From contig OX597829.1 of assembly GCA_951406725.2 (NCBI GenBank), forward strand, positions 2,542,001 to 2,606,000: DNA of 64,000 nucleotides. The letters run 5' to 3'. Position 1 is the first letter of the stretch, and each line of letters starts with the position of its first letter. The DNA comes from Octopus vulgaris (taxonomy: Eukaryota). A model generated the notes under the pieces. It made no database searches. It had not been told where the DNA came from and was given only the letters and a program-made list of their open reading frames with translations. A program made the translations under genes and the position numbers. Shown in pieces: positions 42,681-55,800 of this stretch.

Positions 42681-43036
42681 TATGATCCGGCGTTGCCAGG
42701 TCATAATGCTAGTGCATGCATATACAGCTGCGTGCGTGCGCACATACACGCGAGTACTGTCCAAATCTCCGACCAATCACATACAGCTAGCTGGCATTCA
42801 ATTGGCGTATCAAGTTTCGGGCATTTTGATTGGGTTTTGGATAGAAAATTCACAAAAAAGTCACTTCTATTGATTTTTTAATGGCTTTGCGGGGTGACTG
42901 GGGAAATGTAAAGATGTGCACGACCACCCTTGGACGGTTTTGAATGACCATAGAAAGTGTGAGCCCTCTAACTGAAAAATTGTGGATTTGTATAAAGAAC
43001 ACACACACAGACATTTTGCCGTTTAACTATAGAGAG

Positions 43037-43037
<1 letters not shown>
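42681..43037 (-). mobile_element. Non-autonomous Helitron, family A (extreme 3' end lost)
   Basis: Homologous to 2406-2737; preceded by (ATATT)n 42592-42669 and followed by (TATG)n to ~43450. Confidence 0.82.
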
Positions 43038-43071
<34 letters not shown>

Positions 43072-43197
43072 TGTATGTATGTATGTATGTATGTATGTAT
43101 GTATGCATGTATGTATGTATGTATGTATGTATGTATGTATGTATGTATGTATGTATGTATGTATGTATGTGTGTGTATGTATGTATGTATGTATGTT

Positions 43198-43229
<32 letters not shown>

Positions 43230-44724
43230 TGTGTTTATATGTATGTATGTATGTATGTATGTGTTTATATGTATGTATGTATGTATGTGTGTGTGTATGT
43301 ATGTATGTATGTATGTATGTATGTATGTATGTATGTATGTATGTATGTATGTGTTTATATGTATGTATGTATGTTTGTATGTATGTATGTATGTATGCAT
43401 GTATGTATGTATGTTTGTATATATGTATGTTTGTATGTATGCATGCGTGCATGTAGCTTCAGGTTTTACACAGTGTCCCTTCCCTAGAAGGATGTTGTGA
43501 CAACAGCTAGGGACCCCTTACATCCGGTGGTTTTATTGTGCGTCCTGTCACCAACCAAAGGTATTATTGCGTCCGCACACTAAGAGAGATTGTCATCACA
43601 TTTGTTAATTAAGCCATTGTTGGGACCCTGACAGGTGCTATAATTCCGGATCAGTTTAGACATGAGAACAACAATGGCTAAGAGGTCGTTCCACACACCT
43701 CAACCATGGAATTCCCGAACAAGGTCTCCACTACCAGATGCAGTGATTATAGGTAATTTCGCGTTCACCTGTCACTGTGTGCTAATCACAGACACTCAAA
43801 GAACGACATATGCTATACAAGGGTACAATCCAATAACGGCTATAATCCAATGACGCACGTCTATCTCTTTATGATGACCTCAGTTGTTGTTCCATTTATT
43901 GAAAGTCCTATTACCATGGAAGTGTAGTGACGTGTGCAGACCTAACCAGTCGGAAGCACACAGTAAGTTACAACTGTCATCTGTCATCTATGCTTCAAAC
44001 CATGCAAATCTGCAACAGAAGTGAATAGTCACCTGAGAGGTCATGGAGGGAAAGCCAGAAATGCTATTGACAATAAGGAAGTGACAAGGCGACAGCAGCT
44101 GTTTGTGAAGATGTGTGATGTGGTGGAGGCTGTTGTTATGATTATGTTGGTTCCTTATACTTTAATTCAAAGCTCTGCTCTTGTCGCATATTTCTGTTGA
44201 ATGAGTCAACAAGGGAACCGCTAACGTGCTCGCATGATCTCCTAGAAAGAGCAGCCCAAATCTCCAACCTATTCACATCGCAACGTCTCAAAAAGAGACA
44301 CGCTGAATAGTGTGGTCACACATTCATTGAATATTGGGTAAAACAAACGGGATGGTCAGGAATGGAATAGTTTTGATTAAAGATCTGCTTGACCAAAGGT
44401 GACCTGGTGCTAAACAACAACAACAACAGTAACAAGAACTAAAACAATAACAACAGCAACAACTACAACTTCTGTAAACTGATTCCACAAGGGAATAACG
44501 TTTCCACGAAGGGAATTCCAGAAATCTGTCTTCCTGGAAATCAGCAGAGCAGGATACAATGGAAGAAGATTTAATCTTCATAGAGTAATTGACATCGCTC
44601 TCGTTTTGGTTCCGGTAATATATAAGTTTATTGTTTTTCGTTCTACGAGAGGAAGTTATCCTTCATTTCTTGAAAATGGAAAGCTAAGATTGGTTTGTAT
44701 GGCTCATCGAAAATTGCAATGAAG

Positions 44725-45050
44725 GCGATAGATAGATAGATAGATACATGGATATATAGATAGATGGATAGATACATGCATACATATATAGACAGACAAA
44801 TAGATAGATAAGCAAACAGACAGACAGACAAACAGACAGGCAGATAGATAGATAGATAGATAGATTGATTGATAGATAGATAGGTAGGTAGGTAGGTAGG
44901 TAGGTAGGTAGGTAGATAGATAGATAGATAGATATATAGATAGATAAACAGACGGACAGACAAACATACAGACAGGACAGGCAGACAGGCAGACAGATAA
45001 ACAGACAGGCAGGCAGGCAGACAGACTGACAGATTGACGTACATACACAC

Positions 45051-45081
<31 letters not shown>

Positions 45082-45090
45082 CACAGACAA
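44725..45090. repeat. (GATA)/(GACA)/(TAGG)/(ATAC) compound microsatellite
   Basis: Direct reading. Confidence 0.92.
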
Positions 45091-45354
45091 AAATGTGGGA
45101 TCTTATGTAAGCTTTTTAGTTGACTCAAAGCTGAAGTAGTTTCTAGCCCCAAAAGAGAAAGATTAGATCATTAAAAAATGTCTACAAATGAATTTAATTA
45201 CATTATCCAACACTAGTATGGTGTATTTTATAACACATCTGGTTGCTTCATGTCGATGTCAAGACTCTGTGACTCACCTGACTGGAAGGCGTCCACTTGT
45301 GTGCGTTTAATTATCGATGTATTTATTTATAATTATCCTTATTTAATTATCGTG

Positions 45355-45690
45355 AAGGCGCATGGCTCAGTGGTTAGAGCGTCGAGCTTACGATCGTGAG
45401 GTTGTGAGTTCGAATTCCGGACCGGGCTGCGTGTTGTGTTCTTGAGCGAGACACTTTATATCCCGTTGCTCCAGTTCACTCAGCTGCAGAAATATGAGTT
45501 GCGACGTCACAGGTGCCAAGTTGTATCAGTCTTTGCCTTTCCCTTGGATAACACTGGTGGCGTGGAGAGAGGAGGCCTTTATGCATGGGTTTCTGCTGGT
45601 CTTCCATAAACAAACTTGCCCGGACTTGTGCCTGGTAGGGTAACTTTCTAGGTGCAATCCCATGGTCACTCATGACCGAAGGGGGTCTCA
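45355..45690 (+). mobile_element. tRNA-derived SINE (second family)
   Basis: Box A tggctcagtggttagag, box B gagttcgaattcc, body tgtgttcttgagcgagacact; related decayed copy at 37435. Confidence 0.8.
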
Positions 45691-45814
45691 GCATTTAATT
45701 ATCAATTTCTATAATGGCTTGAACAGAGATAACATTTTGCATAACCGAGAGGAGGAGGAAGGATGAGGCATCTTCCGGTTGGTTTTCATCCCACCGGAAA
45801 TATGCCATGGATAT

Positions 45815-46028
45815 TCTTTTCTACTCTAGGTACAAGGCCCGAAATTATTAAGAGGGGAATCAGTCGATTAGATCGACCACCGTACGCAACTGGCACCTAA
45901 CTTATCGATCCTGAAAGGATGAAAGGCAAAGTCGACCTCGGCGGAATTTAAACTCAGAACATAAAGACTGACGGAATACTGCTAAGCATTTCGCCCGGCA
46001 TGCTAACGATTCTGCCAATCGCCGCCTT
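45815..46028 (-). mobile_element. SINE family S1 variant
   Basis: S1 head/core with alternative tail ctactctaggtacaaggccc, also seen at 5656. Confidence 0.8.
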
Positions 46029-46910
46029 AATATGGCATGAATGTTAGCAAGTAAATGGACTCATTTGAAGTCAGCCAACAGAGTAGGTGATAGTCGAAGT
46101 TGTGGAAGGGAAGCAGGTTAGTTGACAAAGCAACAGATTAAGTCTGCTTTCTAAACATAAAACAGTCTATCATAAGGGCTTCCGTAAAATTCCCGTCGAC
46201 CAAGTATTAATTGTAAGGTTGTGGTAGACCATTACTTTAAACGTTGCTGTTGCTGAAGAAGGTGATGTGATGATGACGACGATGATGATGATGATGATGT
46301 TGATGATAGTGGTGGTGTGGTGGTGGTGGTGGTGGTGGTGTAGATGGATGGTGATGAAGATGGTCGCATTGGTATTATTGATTTAGGCAAATTTTTGATA
46401 GCAGAAAATAATTGAAAATTTTCAGATGCAGCACATTTTTTTGTTCAGTGAACAGGTTGCAGTTTCGAGTGAAGAAAATTTGACACTGTACGACCAACGA
46501 TGAATGTTTAAGTTAAGTTGACGGTCTTTGTGTGTTACTGAATAGCTAACATGTACTGACCAAGCTACAATCGTTTTAGTGCCTAAGACCAAAACACTTG
46601 CCACCAAAATACGTCTCCATCATTCCGAAATAATAATTTGTCTTTTTTATAAGGCGGCGAACAATCAGAACTCTTTGCACACCAGAGAAAATGCTGGCCT
46701 TGTGCGAAAAATCGAAATCAATATAAGCAAAAGGCCATTAATTTGAGTGGAAGGGAGAGACGTTAATATAGGTTTCAAATTTTGGCACAAGGCCAGCAAG
46801 TTGGAAGAAAGGCGTAAGTCGATTAAATCGACTCCAGAGTTCGAGTGATCATTATTTTATCAACACCCCAAAAGGATGAAAAGCAAAGTCGATCTCGGGA
46901 AAAGAATATA

Positions 46911-47968
46911 CTGGAGGATCAGTTAATTATGATTTTATTCAACATATTCCTCTCTGATTCACACACCTATTGCAGCGGTCCTTCAGTTTTTCTAAGCCCT
47001 GGAAAAAGAACTCAGAAGGTGGGGGCCTTCAAACAGGCCTCTGTAGCAGTGATCACTTCCGAATCGGAGTGAAATTTCTTCTGTTGTGGAAAGAAGTGAT
47101 AGGTGAAAGGGGCCAGATCAGGAGAGTAAGGTGGGTGTCAGAGACATGTAGCATTCTGATTTGATGGTGCGACCCTTAGACAGATATTTTATGAGGAGTA
47201 TTCCGTCTTTGTCCCAGAACACTGAAGCCAAATTCTTTCCAGCTGATTTCTGGGTCCAAAACTTCTCGGGATGCAGTGAACTGATGTGGGGCTACCCCAT
47301 TGATTGCTGTTTGGTTTGGAGATCATAATGATGAAGCCAAGTTTCATTCTTAGTGACTAAACGAACCATAAAATCAGCATTTCCTTCTGCAAGCCACTCC
47401 AAAATTGCCTTTGATGCCATCACTCTGATGCACTTCTGATCTGCGTTCATGCATTTCAGCATCCATTTTGCAGACGGCGTTTTCATGTCCAGAATGTGAT
47501 GTGGCAACTCTTTCGCGTGAAATCCCCAGAGTCTCAGCTATAACTTTCACCGAAACCCGGTGTTCCTCGAGAACCATGACGTGCACAGCGTCGCCTTTGT
47601 CCTCAGTGGTAGCGGAAGTTGTCTGTCCTGACCCGGGTTCATCTGTGGCCTCGAAATGACCAGTCCGAAACCTCGAGACTCAGATTTTCACTGTAGAGTA
47701 AGATGGGCAGCCGTCCTTCAAAATTTCCTTCATCTTGCCATGGATTTCCGCCCCTCCTTTGCCTTGCGAAAAGAGGCACTTCATGACGGCCGGTGCTTCA
47801 ATTTTACCAAAATCCACTGTAGAGGCAACCATCATGCATTAAATCTGCAAAAAAAAAAAAAAAAAAAAAAAAGGAAGGTATATTGTATGCCATCATAATT
47901 CTTTTGCAAATGTCCTAAACAGTTGTCCTACCTCCATTGAAAATCAGGAAATTTTAAGCACACCCTCG
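46911..47968 (-). mobile_element. Degenerate mariner transposon
   Basis: VSVKVIAETLGISRERV (HTH), SAKWMLK, LVTKNETWLHHYD..TKQQS, HLTL/YSPDLAP-like motif at ~47105-47135; frameshifted. Confidence 0.85.
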
Positions 47969-48367
47969 TGTGCAGTTTCTATTACATCTATAAGTCCCAC
48001 TACCCAGAATTGTGAGATTGATATGGCTGATAATCACACGATAACTCAGTGAGCATGTCGACATGCCAATAGGTGGTGAAAATGATACCAACGAGGGAAA
48101 GAGGTGTGTAGGAGGCACGGTTTACAGCCGTAATGCTGACATTAAATTCAACTCGGTTAAAAACATTCAGTGGTAAAGAGATATTAATCTAGGTAGAACG
48201 TTAAGTCTATCACTATTAGTTATGCCCTAGATTTATTAGTTTAGCTTATCACACCTTGGAATCTCCTTTACCACATACCACAGAATATCAATATATTGTC
48301 GTACCTTTTTTTTTTTTTTTTAGTTTCAGCTCAGAGCTGCGGCCATGCTGATGCACCGCCGTTTAAA

Positions 48368-48607
48368 ATTATTTACATTTGACGGATATTTGTCCTCATC
48401 TTGTTTGTTGTTAACACAACGTTTCGGCTGATATACCCTCCAGCCTTCATCAGGTGACTTGGGAAAATTTCGAACCTGGGTTCTCATTCCTAAGGTATTT
48501 TTCGATATTATTATTATCATTATTAGCATTATTATTATTAAGGCCACTGCCTGGAACCGAACTCGAAATCTTGGAGCTAGTAGCCCGCGCTCTTAACCAC
48601 TACGCCT
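48368..48607 (-). mobile_element. Family H1: tRNA-like head + (TAA)n linker + hammerhead-bearing tail
   Basis: Rev-comp ggcgtagtggttaagagcgcgggc...gagttcggttcc; then aataat...; then gtcac-CTGATGA-a-ggctg-loop-cagcc-GAAA-cg-tt-gtgtt (48413-48458). Confidence 0.75.
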
Positions 48608-49048
48608 TAGGAATAATTACTTTTCGTTGATTTCATGATACTTGATCAGAAGCTGAGCTTCAATAAACAACCGCAAAAAAAAAAGCTGGATGGGGGAATT
48701 GTTGCACGGCAAATTCATTAAAACTACAGACAACTAACAAAAGTTTCACTCGTTCATATCCTGACACAGATGTTTTTTTATTTAAAGTAATTATAGTTGT
48801 TAGCCATGGTGTCTATGAAAATAAAAGTGTGTGATTTGACTGCAATTCAAGTAGAAAATGAATTATTGATTTAGATACAAATTGAATGATTAATTTAGGT
48901 ACATTTTCAAATAATTGAGATTTAAATAGGGCAGAAATTCGGAAGGCATAAAAATCTGATTCAAAAACGTAATCTATTTAGAGTATAATATTCATAATAC
49001 ATGAATGCATGCATAAATACGAAGGCGTATAAATGTATAGGTTATATG

Positions 49049-49285
49049 AAGGCGGCGAGCTGGCAGAAACGTTAGCACGCCGGGCGAACTGCTTAGGGGT
49101 ATTTCGTCCGCTGCTGCGTGTGAGTTCAAGTTCCGCCGAGGTCGACTTTGCCTTTCATCCTTTCGGGGTCGATAAATTAAGTACCAGTTGTGCACTGGGG
49201 TCGATGTAATCGACTTAATCCGTTTGTCTGTCCTTGTTTGTCCTCTCTTGTTTAGGCCCTTGTGGGTAGTAAAGGAGTAGGTATT
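49049..49285 (+). mobile_element. SINE family S1
   Basis: Matches S1 consensus. Confidence 0.87.
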
Positions 49286-49684
49286 TCGTTTGTTCGCCCC
49301 TTGTGGGTAATAAAAAACACAACGTATACCTTATATGATGTTATTTCGTTCTATAGATGGTGTAGAGAAGTATGTGGTATTTCGAGTCAGTTAACCAAAT
49401 GCCACATTGGTGTTTAGGGTCCTAGTGTCAACGACCGACTTCGTGTGTTATGGTTGCAGAATAATGATTCAGAAAACGAGTTTCAAAACAGGACAGTTAT
49501 AAAAATACTTTATTTTCCCCTTTAAGCACTCCAGAAATTAACTGAAGTTTAAATTTTACCTGTAATAGAATGGACAGAAAATAAAAAATCTTTGGAGAAC
49601 ACAAGGCCCCATTAATTCGTTTTAATTATTTATATTGTAATATATTTATTTTGGAATGTTTGTTAGATGCTTGGTAGAGCATGC

Positions 49685-49741
<57 letters not shown>

Positions 49742-49853
49742 AGTGTGTGTGCGTGCGTGCGTGTGAATGCGTGCGTGTGTGTGTGTAAAAGTGCATGAGC
49801 CACCGAGAAAGTAAGCTTGTAATGCACTTTTGACAGGGAAAAAACGTGTACGT

Positions 49854-52800
49854 TTATTGTTTAGCGACATAGCAGAGCTGGAGGCTGCTAACAACTCTTC
49901 GACAGGTGTTGCTCATTACGTTGTATTGTCGACAAGAATGTTTAACCAGGCACGATGGCTGGTAGGGGAGGAGTGCGATGGTTCGACGGGAGTGAAGGCA
50001 GCCTGATGGTGAGTGCGATGGTTGACGGGAGTGAAGGCAGCCTGATGGTGAGTGCGATGGTCGACGGGAGTGAAGGCAGCCTGATGGTGAGGCTGACGTG
50101 TTGACGGGAGTGAAGGCAGCCTGATGGTGAGTGCGATGGTTGACGGGAGTGAAGGAACCCTGATGGTGAGTGCGATGGATGACGGGAGTGAAGGCAGCCT
50201 GATGGTGAGTGCGATGGTTGACGGGAGTGAAGGAACCCTGATGGTGAGTGCGATGGATGACGGGAGTGAAGGCAGCCTGATGGTGAGGCTGACGTGTTGA
50301 CGGGAGTGAAGGCAGCCTGATGGTGAGGCTGACGTGTTGACGGGAGTGAAGGCAGCCTGATGGTGAGTGCGATGGTTGACGGGAGTGAAGGCAGCCCGAT
50401 GGCGAGTGCGATGGTTGACGGGATTGAAGGAACCCTGATGGTGAGTGCGATGGATGACGGGAGTGAAGGCAGCCTGATGGTGAGTGCGATGGTTGACGGG
50501 AGTGAAGGAACCCTGATGGTGAGTGCGATGGATAACGGGAGTGAAGGCAGCCTTGGTGAGTGCGATGGTTGACGGGAGTCAAGGAACCCTGAGGTGAGTG
50601 CGATGGTTGACGGGAGTGAAGGCAGCCTTGGTGAGTGCGATGGTTGACGGGAGTGAAGGAACCCTGATGGTGAGTGCGATGGATGACGGGAGTGAAGGCA
50701 GCCTGATGGTGAGTGCGATGGTTGACGGGAGTGAAGGCAGCCCGATGGCGAGTGCGATGGTTGACGGGATTGAAGGCAGCCTGATGGTGAGTGCGATGGA
50801 TGACGGAAGTGAAGGCAACCTGATGGTGTGTGCGATGGTTGACGGGAGTGAAGGCAGCCTGATGGCGAGTGCGATGGTTGACGGGAGTGAAGGCAGCCTG
50901 ATGGTGAGTGCGATGGTCGACGGGAGTGAAGGCAGCCTGATGGCGAGTGCGAGGGTTGACGGGAGTGAAGGAACCCTGATGGTGAGTGCGATGGATGACG
51001 GGAGTGAAGGCAGCCTGATGGTGAGTGCGATGGTTGACGGAAGTGAAGATAGCCTGATGGTGAGTGCGATAGTTGACGGGAGTGAAGGCAGCCTGAGGGT
51101 GAGTGCGATGGTTGACGGGAGTGAAGGCAGCCTGATGGTGAGTGCGATGGTTGACGGGAGTGAAGGCAGCCTGATGGTGAGTGCGATGGTTGATGGGATT
51201 GAAGGCAGCCTGATGGTGAGTGCGATGGTTGACGGGATTGAAGGCAGCCTGATGGTGAGTGCGATGGTTGACGGGAGTGAAGGCAGCCTGATGGTGAGTG
51301 CGATGGTTGACGGGATTGAAGGCAGCCTGATGGTGAGTGCGATGGTTGACGGGAGTGAATGCAGCCTGATGGTGAGGCTGACGTGTTGACGGGAGTGAAG
51401 GCAGCCTGATGGTGAGTGCGATGGTTGACGGGATTGAAGGCAGCCTGATGGTGGGGAGTGAAGGCAGCCTGATGGTGAGTGCGATGGTTGTTGACGGGAG
51501 TGAAGGCAGCCTGATGGTGAGTGCGATGGTTGACGGGATTGAAGGCACCCTGATGGTGAGTGCGATGGTTGACGGGAGTGAAGGCAGCCTGATGGTGAGT
51601 GCGATGGTTGACGGGATTGAAGGCAGCCTGATGGTGAGTACGACGGTTGACGGGAGTGAAGGCAGCCTGATGGTGAGTGCGATGGTTGACGGGAGTGAAG
51701 GCAGCCTGATGGTGAGGCTGACGTGTTGACGGGAGTGAAGGCAGCCTGATGGTGAGTGCGATGGTTGACGGGAGTGAAGGCAGCCTGATGGTGAGTGCGA
51801 TGGTTGACGGGAGTGAAGGCAGCCTGATGGTGAGTGCGATGGTTGACGGGAGTGAAGGCAGCCTGATAGTGAGGCTGACGTGTTGACGGGAGTGAAGGCA
51901 GCCTGATGGTGAGTGCGATGGTTGACGGGATTGAAGGCAGCCTGATGGTGAGTGCGATGGTTGACGGGAGTGAAGGCAGCCTGATGGTGAGTGCGATGGT
52001 TGACGGGAGTGAAGGCAGCCTGATGGTGAGTGCGATGGTTGACGGGATTGAAGGCACCCTGATGGTGAGTGCGATGGTTGACGGGAGTGAAGGCAGGCTG
52101 ATGGTGAGTGCGATGGTTTACGGGATTGAAGGCACCCTGATGGTGAGTGCGATGGTTGACGGGAGTGAAGACAGCCTGATGGTGAGTGCGATGGTTGACG
52201 GGATTGAAGGCAGCCTGATGGTGAGTGCGATGGTTGACGGGATTGAAGGCAGCCTGATGGTGAGTGCGATGGTTGACGGGATTGAAGGCAGCCTGATGGT
52301 GAGTGCGATGGTTGAGGGGATTGAAGGCAGCCTGATGGTGAGTGCGATGGTTGACGGGAGTGAAGGCAGCCTGATGGTGAGGCTGACGTGTTGACGGGAG
52401 TGAAGGCAGCCTGATGGTGAGTGCGATGGTTGACGGGAGTGAAGGCAGCCTGATGGTGAGTGCGATGGTTGACGGGAGTGAAGGCAGCCTGATGGTGAGT
52501 GCAATGGTTGACGGGAGTGAAGGCAGCCTGATGGTGAGTTCGATGGTTGACGGGAGTGAATGCAGCCTGATGGTGAGTGCGATGGTCGACGGGAGTGAAG
52601 ACAGCCTGATGGTGAGTGCGATGGTTGACGGGATTGAAGGCAGCCTGATGGTGAGTGCGATGGTTGACGGGATTGAAGGCAGCCTGATGGTGAGTGCGAT
52701 GGTTGACGGGATTGAAGGCAGCCTGATGGTGAGTGCGATGGTTGAGGGGATTGAAGGCAGCCTGATGGTGAGTGCGATGGTTGACGGGGAGTGAAGGCAG

Positions 52801-55800
52801 CCTGATGGTGAGGCTGACGTGTTGACGGGAGTGAAGGCAGCCTGATGGTGAGTGCGATGGTTGACGGGAGTGAAGGCAGCCTGATGGTGAGTGCGATGGT
52901 TGACGGGAGTGAAGGAACCCTGATGGTGAGTGCGATGGTTGACGGGAGTGAAGGCAGCCTGATGGTGAGTGCGATGGTCGACGGGAGTAAATGCAGCCTG
53001 ATGGTGAGAGCGATGGTCGCCAGGGGTGGCGGCGTCCTGATGGTGAGTGCGATGGTCGATGACAGTGAAGGCAGCCTGATGGTGAGTGCGATGGTTACGG
53101 TGGTGGCCGCGTCCTGATGGTGTGTGCGATGGCCAACGGGAGTGAAGGCAACCTGATGGTGAGTGCGATGGTCGACGCGAGTGAAGGCAGCCTGATGGTG
53201 AGAGCGATGGTCGCCGGTGGCGGCGGCGTCCTGATGGTGAGTTCGATGGTCGACGGGAGTGAAGGCAGCCTGATGGTGAGTGCGATGATCGCTGGAGGTG
53301 GCGGCTTCCTGATGGTGAGTGCAATGGTTGACGGGGTGGCCGCTTCCTAATGGTGACTGCGATGGTTGATTGGCGTGAAGGCAGCCCGATGGTGAGTGCG
53401 ATGGTCGCCGGTGGTCTTGATGGTTAGTGCGATGATTGACGGGTGTGGCGGCGTCCTGATGGTGAGTGCGATGATTGAAGGGAGTAAAGGCAGCCTGATG
53501 GTGAGTGCGATGGTTGACGGGAGTGAAGGCAGCCTGATGGTGAGTGCGATGGTTGACGGGAGTGAAGGCACCCTGATGGTGAGTGCGATGGTCGACGGGG
53601 GTGGCGGCACCTGATGGTGAGCGCTACGGTCAACGGGAGCGAAGGCTGCCTGATGGTGAGTGCGATGGTCGATGGGAGTGAAGGCAGCCTGATGGTGAGT
53701 GCGATTGTTGACGGGAGTGAAGGCAGCCTGATGGTGAGTGCGATGGTCGACGTGAGTGAAGGCAGCCTGATGGCGAGTGCGATGATTGACGTGAGTGAAG
53801 GCAGCCTGATGGTGAGTGCGATGATCGCCGGAGGTGGCAGCTTCCTGATGGTGAGTGCGATGGTTGACGGGGGTGAAGGCAGCCTGATGGTGAGTGCGAT
53901 GGTTGACGGAAGCGAAGGAACCCTGATGGTGAGTGCGATGGTTAACGGGAGTGAAGGCAGCCTGATGGTGAGTGCGATGGATGACGGAATTGAAGGCAAC
54001 CTCATGGTGAATGCGATGGTTGACGGGAGTGAAGGCAGCCTGATGGTGAGTGCAATGATCGCCGGGGGTGACGGCGTCCAGATGGTGAGTGCGATGGTTG
54101 ACGGGAGTGAAGGCAGCCTGATAGTGAGGCTGACGTGTTCACGGGAGTGAAGGCAGCCTGATGGTGAGTGCGATAGTTGACGGGGGTGGTGGCGTCCTTT
54201 TGGTGAGTGTGATGGTTGACGGGAGTGAAGGCAGCCTGATGGTGAGTGCGATGGTTGACGGGGTGTGAAGGAGGAGCAGCCTGATGGTGAGTGAAGGCAG
54301 CTGATGGTCGAGATGGGAATGACCTTGGTGATGCGATGGTGACGGGAGTGAAGGCAGCCTGATGGTGAGTCGAGTGTGACGGGTGAAGGTCGAATGTAGG
54401 CACCTGATGGGATGCGATGTTGACGGGGGAAGGCATGAGGTGAGTGCGATGGGACGGGAGTGAAGGCAGCCTTGGTGAGTGCGATGGTCGACGGGAGTGG
54501 AGGCATACCTGATGGTGAGTGCGATGGTTGACGGAAGTGAAGGCGCGTCCTTTTGGTGAGTGTGATGGTTGACGGGAGTGAAGGCAGCCTGATGGTGAGT
54601 TCGATGATTGACGGGAGTGAAGGCAGCCTGATGGTGAGTGCGATGGTTGACGGGAGTGAAGGCAGCCTGATGGTGAGTGCGATGGTCGACGGGAGTGAAG
54701 GCAGCCTGATGGTGAGTGCGATGGGCGACGGGAGTGAAGGCAGCCTGATGGTGAGTGCGATGGGCGACGGGAGTGAAGGCAGCCTGATAATGAGGCTGAC
54801 GTGTTACGGGAGTGAAGGAAACCTGATGGTGTGTGCGATTGTCGACGGGAGTGAAGGCAGCCTGATGGTGAGTGCGATGGTTGACGGGAGTGAAGGCAGC
54901 CTGATGGTGAGTGTGATGGTTGACGGGGGTGAAGGCGTCCTGATGGTGAGTGCGATGGTTGACGGGAGTGAAGGCAGCCTGATGGTGAGTGCGATGGTTG
55001 ACGGGGGGTGGTGGCGTCCTGATGGTGAGTGTGATGGTTGAAGGGAGTGAAGGCAGCCTGATGGTGAGTTCGATGGTGGACGGGGGTGGTGGCGTCCTTT
55101 GGTGAGTGCGATGGGCGACGGGTGTGAAGGCAGCCTGATGGTGAGTAAGATGGTTGACGGGAGTGAAGGCAGCTTGATGGTGAGTGCGATGATTGACGGG
55201 AGTGAAGGCAGCCTGATGGTGAGTGCGATGGTTGACGGGAGTGAATGCTGCCTGATGGTGAGTGCGATGGACGACGGGAGTGAAGGCAGCCTGATGGTGA
55301 GTGCGATGGTTGACGGGGGTGAAGGCGTCCTGATGGTGAGTGCGATGGTTGACGGGATTGAAGGCAGCCTGATGGTGAGTGCGATGGTCGACGGGAGTGA
55401 AGGCAGCCTGATGGCGAGTGCGATTGTTGACGGGAGTGAAGGCAGCCTGATGGTAAGTTCGATGATTGACGGGAGTGAAAGCAGCCTGATGGTGAGTGCG
55501 ATGGTTGACGGGAGTGAAGGCAGCCTGATGGTGAGTGCGATGGTTGACGGGATTGAAGGCAGCCTGATGGTGAGTGCGATGGTTGACGGGAGTGAAGGCA
55601 GCCTGATGGAGAGTGCGATGGTTGACGGGAGTGAAGGCAGCCTGATGGTGAGTGCGATGGTTGACGGGTGTGAAGGCAGCCTGATGGTGAGTGCGATGGT
55701 TGACGGGAGTGAAGGCAGCCTGATGGTGAGTGCGATGATTGACGGGAGTGAAGGCAGCCTGATGGTGAGTGCGATGGTTGACGGGAGTGAAGGCAGCCTG

